Below, in pieces: positions 1 to 5,702 of a DNA stretch of 5,811 nucleotides. Each line of letters begins with the position of its first letter. Positions within the stretch are counted from its first letter, which is position 1. Both the position numbers and the translations under genes were made by a program. The notes below the pieces were generated by a model. It was not told the DNA's origin, did no database searches, and worked only from the letters and a program-made list of their open reading frames with translations. This DNA is from Octopus sinensis (Eukaryota). The DNA lies in NCBI RefSeq assembly GCF_006345805.1, contig NW_021829722.1:1-5811 (forward strand), in the 5' to 3' direction.

Positions 1-5
1 GCACG

Positions 6-59
6 TATACATACATATACATATATAAAATATATGTATATATATATATATATATATAT
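6..59. repeat. (TA)n / (TACA)n microsatellite
   Basis: Nearly pure TA alternation at 38-59, with interrupted TA/TACA units upstream. Confidence 0.95.
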
Positions 60-139
60 GCCTGCGTACACACACAGACAATAGTAGACAGAGATATATA
101 GCGAGGACGAAAATGAAAGAGAAAGTGGTAGTTTAATGT

Positions 140-243
140 ACGTATGTATATACGTGTGCGTGTGTGTGTATGTGTGTATGAGTGTGTGTGTGTGTGTGTG
201 TGTGTGTGCATGCGTGCATGCGTGCACGTGTGTTTGTGTGTAT
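140..243. repeat. Imperfect (GT)n microsatellite
   Basis: Pure GT run at 182-208, flanked by GTAT, GCGT and GCAT variant units. Confidence 0.95.
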
Positions 244-256
244 GAATGTACAGAGT

Positions 257-269
257 TAGATAGATAGAC

Positions 270-310
<41 letters not shown>

Positions 311-336
311 TAGATAGATAGATAGATAGATAGATA
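257..336. repeat. (GATA)n tetranucleotide microsatellite
   Basis: About 20 TAGA/GATA units, with one GACA variant and one TA insertion. Confidence 0.97.
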
Positions 337-393
337 TGCAGGAAGATATGTGAAGTGGTTAACTCGTTAGTTTGTATTGAATTGTATTTTCAG

Positions 394-571
394 AAAACCA
401 AACTTTTACCACGAATTTGACGTTGCAATGGCGGCGTGTCTCCACCCACGACAGCGGACGAGTGTATGTGACGCGAGGAATAGCTGACTGGGGAAACGAC
501 TGAGAGAGACACTCGCTCGGTGAGAGGGTGGCTTAGCATCTGTTCGAGTTCGACTACGCTCGTTTGCGTCT
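394..571. other. CpG-rich unique island between microsatellites; candidate exon, strand unresolved
   Basis: 411-570 is 56% GC with 17 CpG (observed/expected about 1.4). Plus strand: acceptor-like ttgtattttcag ends at 393 and donor-like g|gtgaga is at 520. Minus strand: a 59-codon open frame runs 569->390. Confidence 0.35.
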
Positions 572-586
572 CTGCAGATTTATTAG

Positions 587-589
<3 letters not shown>

Positions 590-637
<48 letters not shown>

Positions 638-668
638 ATATATATATATTATATATATATATATAGAT

Positions 669-702
<34 letters not shown>

Positions 703-831
703 GTATGTATATGTGTGTGGCATGCGCGTGTGTGTGTCTATACGTATAGTTGAGTGAGAAAGATAGATAGATAGATAGAGAGAGAGAGAGCGAGAGAGAA
801 AGATTTACACACACACACACACACTCACACG
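590..831. repeat. Compound microsatellite (TA)n-(TG)n-(GATA)n-(GA)n-(CA)n
   Basis: Long TA tract about 590-715, TG about 716-737, GATA about 761-779, GA about 779-800, CA about 807-830. Confidence 0.95.
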
Positions 832-964
832 GAATATACATGTGCACGCTCCAGTAAGTGCAGGCGTTTGTGCTTACTTCTTGAGAAAATGCAAGTTATT
901 CTGCATGCATTCGTTTGGGTGCATTTGTGTTCGGTAATCGCGCTAACGAAGTACTTACTATAGC

Positions 965-1140
965 TATCTTTCTATCTATTATACATTCATACATACATTT
1001 TTATATATATATACATATATATGTATATGTATATCTATATCTATATCTATATATATGTATGTATGTAATACACACACACACACACTTGCACTGAGAGATA
1101 CAGGGACGCATGCACACACGCATGTACGTATGCATACATG

Positions 1141-1171
<31 letters not shown>

Positions 1172-1357
1172 ATCTATATCTTTATCCATCTATTTATCTA
1201 TCTATCTATCTATTTTTCTATCTATCTTTCTATCTATCTTTATATGTATGTATATGTGTGTGTGCTTGGGTGTGTGTATGTGTGCTTGTGTGTGTGCTTG
1301 CATGTGAGTATGGTGCCTGTGTGTGTGCATCATATATTTCACAGATATATATATATA
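965..1357. repeat. Compound microsatellite (TA/TATG)n-(CA)n-(TATC)n-(TG)n
   Basis: TA/TATG about 1000-1065, CA about 1070-1085, imperfect TATC about 1141-1240, imperfect TG about 1245-1330. Confidence 0.93.
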
Positions 1358-1372
1358 ATCAGGTGAAATGTA

Positions 1373-1437
1373 GTATACAAAGAAGAAGAACAACAACAAA
1401 ATCATCGATGACAATAAGAACAACAAAAACAGTGGAA
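1373..1437. repeat. Degenerate (GAA/CAA)n trinucleotide tract
   Basis: agaagaagaacaacaacaaaa...aagaacaacaaaaac. Confidence 0.6.
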
Positions 1438-1584
1438 ACACATCAATTAAATGAATCGTCGTGGCTGTTGTGGGGTAATGGGGTTGAGATGAAATTTGCG
1501 TGGAATGGAATTGTTGGGTTTGGAGATTGAGGAGTTTTTGAATCTGAGAGGACAAAATATCTGAATGACGTTGGAAGAGTAGTT

Positions 1585-1642
1585 TGTGTGCGTATATGAG
1601 TGAGTGAGCATGTGCGTGTGTGTGTGTGTGCGTGGGGGGGGG
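1585..1642. repeat. Imperfect (TG)n ending in a G9 run
   Basis: TG/TGAG units followed by nine G at 1634-1642. Confidence 0.85.
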
Positions 1643-1835
1643 TTACAAGAGATGGAATTTGACGAAGGAATTGCTGCTGGTTGTCTGCTGCTGTAGCAAG
1701 TTTTTTTGCACGGTTCACTTCTTTTCGATTGTCGACACTGCTGCAGCAAATTCCTGAACATAGACCTTCTATCTCTGACCATCGTGTCTAGTTTTGGTTT
1801 TAAGAAGATAACTGCTAATATATCGTTCCCTTTGA

Positions 1836-1914
1836 AAGTTGGCAGCGTTTGAATTTAGGGGTTTCTACTCCTATATCTAGCAGATACAGCAATTACAATA
1901 TGGCTTCCTTGTTG
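1836..1914 (+). repeat. Diverged direct repeat, copy A (partner at 4373-4452)
   Basis: Manual alignment to 4373-4452 gives 57 identities in 81 columns with 3 gap columns. Confidence 0.7.
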
Positions 1915-1927
1915 GAACGTGGTCTCG

Positions 1928-2068
1928 TGTGTTATCTCGTGGTGTGGTGTAGTGTTTTGCGGCTTGGTTGTGTGTAACGGTTAGAGGGGCGCAGTTTGAT
2001 TTGGGTAGTGATTTTGTTGCTAGTTTTCTATGGTATATGAGTGTCTAAAGTGTTGTGGCGTAGTGTAG
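1928..2068. repeat. Degenerate pentanucleotide tract, (TGTAG/TGTGG)n-like
   Basis: gtggtgtggtgtagtgtt at the left and gtgttgtggcgtagtgtag at the right; strongly G+T skewed. Confidence 0.6.
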
Positions 2069-2079
2069 CCCTGGCTTCC

Positions 2080-2350
2080 GAGGAACGGAATAGCCTGCTC
2101 TTGAAATTAACGTCTAAGTGGCTGAGAATTTCACAGACACGCGTGCCCTTCACATACTTCTCACAGAGATTCAGCGTGACACAGAATCTGATAAGGTTGG
2201 CCCTTTGAATTACAGGTACTAATCATTTTGGCCACCTGAGTGAACTGAAGCAACGTGGAATAAAGTGTCTTGCTCAAGGCCACACTGCACCGCCAGAAAT
2301 CTCGACACAAACCACTAAGCCAGCCCCTTCACTACGGCTACGGGCCTTCA
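2080..2350 (-). mobile_element. tRNA-derived SINE, family 'a', copy 1 (internal head deletion, duplicated 5' end)
   Basis: Minus strand has A-box TGGCTTAGTGG (2322->2312) and the CORE-like motif CCTTGAGCAAG (2279->2269). Colinear with 3094-3165: exact 15-mer tgacacagaatctga plus a 35/46 block. The 3' limit near 2080 rests on recall of octopus SINE sequence. Confidence 0.85.
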
Positions 2351-2527
2351 CTATTCTATATAGGGTACTAAGCAACTAAAACATCAGACGTACCCTACTA
2401 TTGTTTAATTGTAGAATTCTTTATAAGCACTAGAGCACTGAATCCGAACCTTTTCACTAACAAGGAACCCATTTATTTAAATGAGTTTTCCCACGGCCCC
2501 CTTTTAATATGCTAATCCTTGTGTATA

Positions 2528-2530
<3 letters not shown>

Positions 2531-2604
<74 letters not shown>
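2531..2604. repeat. (AC)19(AT)18 compound microsatellite
   Basis: Pure AC at 2531-2568, pure AT at 2569-2604. Confidence 0.97.
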
Positions 2605-2606
<2 letters not shown>

Positions 2607-2763
2607 GTATTTTTTCAATGTGTACAAATAACACAGAAAAAATAAATAACTAGTTACCAGGATAGCCAAAATTCACTTAAGTAACAACGATGCAACAGCC
2701 TACTTATAAAGGTAGAAATTCCAGGGTTTAGTGAAATGTTTTTAGATAACATAGATAAATAAA

Positions 2764-2917
2764 TAAATGGAGTTAAACGCAGATGCTTTTAAAATCTATA
2801 TACTTCCGACATATGTTTCGAAGAAAACATTGGTATTCCAGAAAGAATAAAACCAATGTTTTCTTCGAAACATATGTCGGAAGTATAAATATTTTAATAA
2901 TACTTGCATTTGACTCC

Positions 2918-2922
<5 letters not shown>
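2764..2922. repeat. Long inverted repeat / fold-back; possible TA-flanked MITE
   Basis: Arms 2764-2834 and 2852-2922 align without gaps. Inner 36 bp (2799-2834 / 2852-2887) are perfectly complementary, outer 35 bp match 26/35, spacer 17 nt. TA lies at both outer edges. Confidence 0.95.
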
Positions 2923-2973
<51 letters not shown>

Positions 2974-2989
2974 GTGTATATATATATAT
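2922..2989. repeat. (AC)18(AT)n compound microsatellite
   Basis: Pure AC at 2922-2957, then AT with one GTG interruption. Confidence 0.97.
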
Positions 2990-3093
2990 CTGAATTTTCG
3001 ATTTTAGTTCACGGACCTCCAGTACCACTTTTGCGGACCACAGGTTGGGAAACACTGCATTAGACCTGACTATATTCAATATGTTTTTTAGCA

Positions 3094-3241
3094 TGACACA
3101 GAATCTGAATCGACTGAACCTTTGAAATACTGATACTACTCTCTTTTTCCAGCCGAGTGGACTGCAATACCGCTGGGTATCGAACTGATGACCATACGAT
3201 CTTGAGCCGAAAACCCTAACCACTGAGTTACGGTCCTTCAC
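3094..3241 (-). mobile_element. tRNA-derived SINE, family 'a', copy 2 (intact head, CORE-like segment deleted, 3'-truncated)
   Basis: Minus strand has A-box-like TAACTCAGTGG, anticodon-arm-like TTCGG-CTCAAGA-TCGTA and B-box GTTCGATAC. The body aligns to 2177-2247. Confidence 0.85.
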
Positions 3242-3485
3242 TGTAGTGTGGTAATGGTAATGTGTAGGTGTGGCTCATGTTATAATGTAGGGTTATGCGG
3301 CAGGATTTATTGTAGTATAAGTTGTTGCATTGTAGTGTGGTATGGTTGTAGATTAATGTTGGGTTGTGTCGTGTTGTGCAATGCGGTGTGTTGGGAATTA
3401 GCCGTACTGTTGTGTAATGTAGTGCGACATAGTGTTTTATTAATGCGCTAGTGTGAGGTAATTAAGTGTGGCATATGTGTGTGTG
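3242..3485. repeat. Degenerate pentanucleotide tract, (TGTAG/TGTGG/TGTAA)n-like
   Basis: tgtagtgtggtaatgg at 3242, tgtagtgtggtatgg at 3331, tgttgtgtaatgtagtgcgacatagtgt near 3408. Confidence 0.7.
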
Positions 3486-3494
3486 ATATAGAAA

Positions 3495-3545
3495 GATTAT
3501 TTTTGTTCTTGGTGATGTTGTTCTTTGTATAGTTGTTGTTATTTA
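3495..3545. repeat. Degenerate (GTT/CTT)n trinucleotide tract
   Basis: ttgttcttggtgatgttgttctttgtatagttgttgtt. Confidence 0.5.
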
Positions 3546-3705
3546 GTGTCGAGTCATCCGTGGTTTTCTGGCTTGGAAAACAAAGAAGCGCATTATTCAT
3601 CCGTAACTTTATTGCAAGTCTTAGTGGACTGGTCGTGGAAGTAAGTCACCTCTTGTTCGAATTCATGTCGGTTTCGGAAAAAATGTAGCCAAGGTCTCTC
3701 TCTAG

Positions 3706-3847
3706 GTGTCGTTGTTAAACACACCAACAGCGCTTGTCAAGCGGTGGTGGGGGACAACACAGACACAAAGACACACACACACATATATATATACATATAT
3801 GCACATATATATATATATATACATATATATATGTTCATACACATATG

Positions 3848-3900
<53 letters not shown>

Positions 3901-4112
3901 TATATATATATATATATATATATGTGTGTGGGGGCGTATGTATATATGATTTACGATGTGTTGCTTTCAGTTTCCGTCCAACAAATCCACTTACAAGGCT
4001 TTGATCGGCCCAGTGCTATAGGAGAAGACACTTGCGAAATGTGCTCCGTAGTGTGACTGAACACGGAACCATGAGGTTGGGAAGTAAATTTCTTACAGAA
4101 CTGTGTCTCTAC
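3706..4112 (-). mobile_element. tRNA-derived SINE, family 'b', minus copy with a greatly expanded internal microsatellite
   Basis: Reverse complement of 3952-4073 matches 4996-5117 at 97/122 without gaps. 3715-3770 matches about 5140-5195 (cgcttgacaa...ggtgtgttta). B-box-like GTTCAGTC present; A box decayed. Confidence 0.92.
3770..3945. repeat. Compound (CA)n-(TA)n-(CT)17-(TA)n microsatellite inside the SINE
   Basis: Pure CT at 3851-3884, with TA tracts on both sides. Confidence 0.95.
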
Positions 4113-4372
4113 CGATTCTCCTCATAGCTTCAGTTTACCAAATTGAACTCACCACGTTTTGAAAGAACAGATGCTTTGGCTGAAGACAATTTACCAGATG
4201 TTTAGAGAGCGGGAGAGAAGTCGAAATCTTGAAATTCTGCGACTAACCTCTTAACCAAACTGAGGACCAATGAAGACCAATTGTGGTTTTGTTATGAGCA
4301 ACTTGTGTTTTATTTAGTTATATTCGTATGCTGTAACGTGGACTACATTATCTGTTGTGTCTATCTCTTCTT

Positions 4373-4452
4373 AAGCTGGCTGAGTTTGAATTAGGGGCTA
4401 TTTTGCTGCTGTTTCTGGCATATTGAGCAACTGCAAAGAGGCTTCTTCGTTG
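4373..4452 (+). repeat. Diverged direct repeat, copy B (partner at 1836-1914)
   Basis: 57/81 identity to 1836-1914; shared core gtttgaatt(t)agggg. Confidence 0.7.
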
Positions 4453-4952
4453 TCTCATGGTGGTAATGTTACTGGTATTGTTGCTGCTTAACTCAAGTCG
4501 ACTATGATCAAGCAGGACTATGACCACGGGTATCCTAACCTAGCCATCCCACATTTATTCCAGGCCTTGTGTAACCCGAAGTACATTGTAATGTGCGATC
4601 GGATGGGTTAATCATTAATTAAAAATCAAAATAAAGGGCATCAACGGAAGGGGGCACCAGAGAACTGGTAAATGGTTTACGGCACAAAAGAAATCATTTT
4701 AAACTTGGTAAAATAATATTCAAAGTGGTTTATATGATGAAAAATATAATTTCGAAGGTGTCATAGTGAGGATCTGATCAAAGTCTTTGCAGTTATGTAC
4801 AAAAAGGAGAAAGCATTCCAAACTTTACAAATATAAATAAAGTGGGAGTATACAAAAATAGACATTATTTTCCCTTCTTACTGATAGTTTTGTTTCATTT
4901 GGAAGAATAAAATTGATCTTAAGGTTTATGAGTATTTCTGTTTTAAATTATA

Positions 4953-5340
4953 ATCGCAAGAGTGGCTGTGTGGTAAGTAGCTTGCTTACCAGCCACATGG
5001 TTCCGGGTTATTTCCTACTGCGTGGCACCTTGAGCAAGTGTCTTCTACTATAGCCTCGGGCCGACCAAAGCCATGTGAGTGGATTTGGTGGACGAAAACT
5101 GAAAGAAGCCCGTCGTACACATGCATATATAATATGCACGTGTGTCTGTGTTTGTTCCCGCAACATCGCTTGACAACTGATGCTGGTGTGTTTACGTCCC
5201 TGTCACTTAGCGGTTCGGCAAGAGAGACCGATAGAATAAGTACTAGGCTTACAAACAATAAGTTCTGGGGTCGATTTTCTCGATTGAAGGCGGTGCTCCA
5301 GCATAGGTGCAGTCAAATGACTGAAACAAGTAAAAGAGTA
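4953..5340 (+). mobile_element. tRNA-derived SINE, family 'b', apparently full length
   Basis: A-box TGGCTGTGTGG (4963-4973), degenerate B-box ggttatttcc, CORE-like CCTTGAGCAAG (5028-5038), short internal TA/TG patch, and a 3' end ...gaaacaagtaaaagagta. It matches my recollection of abundant octopus SINEs; the family name (OK/OR1/OR2 or a Repbase entry) was not determined. Confidence 0.92.
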
Positions 5341-5492
5341 TATATGGAGGTACCAAAATATTTCAAATGATTAGGGCCTTTATGGATCATTATTCATCCC
5401 TGTCCTCATAACTTGGGTTTCGCATCTCCTTACCATTGTGATGGTGTTGGTATTTGGATAGGGTTGATGGTATTGTTATCATGTTCATTGGC

Positions 5493-5697
5493 TTCTAACA
5501 TGGACCTAAGGTCTCGCGTTTGGTGGAAGCTTTAGTCAATTACATCGACCCAAATATATGACTGGTACTTTATTTTATCGACCTCGTCAACACAAAAAGC
5601 AAATTTGATTTCAGCTGGATTTGAACTCAGATCAAAGAGTTAGCACTAATACCAGAAATTATGTTGTCCATTGTGTTACATTAACTCTTCTATCAAC
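5493..5697 (-). mobile_element. Diverged tRNA-derived SINE, family 'c'
   Basis: Minus-strand B-box GAGTTCAAATCC (5628->5617), followed by a cgataaaataaagtac...tgggtcgat module that resembles 5229-5275. Boundaries are approximate and partly recalled. Confidence 0.7.
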
Positions 5698-5702
5698 CCA
5701 CT

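Larger units (their letters stand above)
2436..3057. mobile_element. Candidate non-autonomous hAT (Charlie-like) DNA transposon / MITE, 622 bp
   Basis: Right end reverse-complemented is CAGTGTTTCCCAACCTGTGGTCCGC; left end is CACTGAATCCGAACCT (12/16 to the right TIR). Flanking 8-mers cactagag (2428-2435) and cattagac (3058-3065) match 6/8 and resemble the Charlie NNCTAGNN target. Subterminal ACGGCCC/ACGGACC/GCGGACC motifs at about 2493, 3011 and 3033. Confidence 0.6.

Noticed and set aside
554-1530. ORFs 554-847, 564-749, 1055-1366, 1110-1307, 1138-1530 and 1202-1555
   Set aside because: The IY, YLSI, HT and CV runs are translations of TA, TATC, CA and TG repeats. The hydrophobic stretch in 1202-1555 comes from a (TTG/TTC)n tract.
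413-1664. Shared 10-mer gaatttgacg (RQI in both minus-strand peptides)
   Set aside because: Several 10-mer matches are expected by chance in a window this size, and the flanks do not align.
2361-2397. 8-bp inverted repeat tagggtac / gtacccta
   Set aside because: Too short to exceed chance in 5.8 kb, and no target duplication.
3185-3212. Hammerhead ribozyme core (CTGATGA...GAAA), also at 5701-5748
   Set aside because: No stem II can form between the motifs at either site. The first is the antisense of a SINE head and the second lies in LINE coding sequence.
3170-3241. tRNA gene
   Set aside because: A and B boxes are present, but the acceptor and anticodon stems are broken and it continues into SINE body, so it is a SINE head.
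2457-3451. ORFs 2457-2669, 2783-3007, 2894-3241 and 3248-3451
   Set aside because: They run through microsatellites, the hairpin, SINE-a or the GT-rich pentamer tract; the Cys/Val richness is compositional.
4153-4259. Minus-strand exon between ggtcctcag| and |gtgagt
   Set aside because: The splice motifs look good, but the 107-nt segment has stops in all three frames and there is no other support.
1855-4396. TTAGGG telomeric motifs at 1855 and 4391
   Set aside because: Single isolated hexamers, not arrays.
3706-5370. Mutually similar ORFs 3706-4056 and 4986-5258, plus 3734-3949, 3744-4004 and 5038-5370
   Set aside because: The similarity reflects two copies of the same SINE; these are not paralogous proteins.
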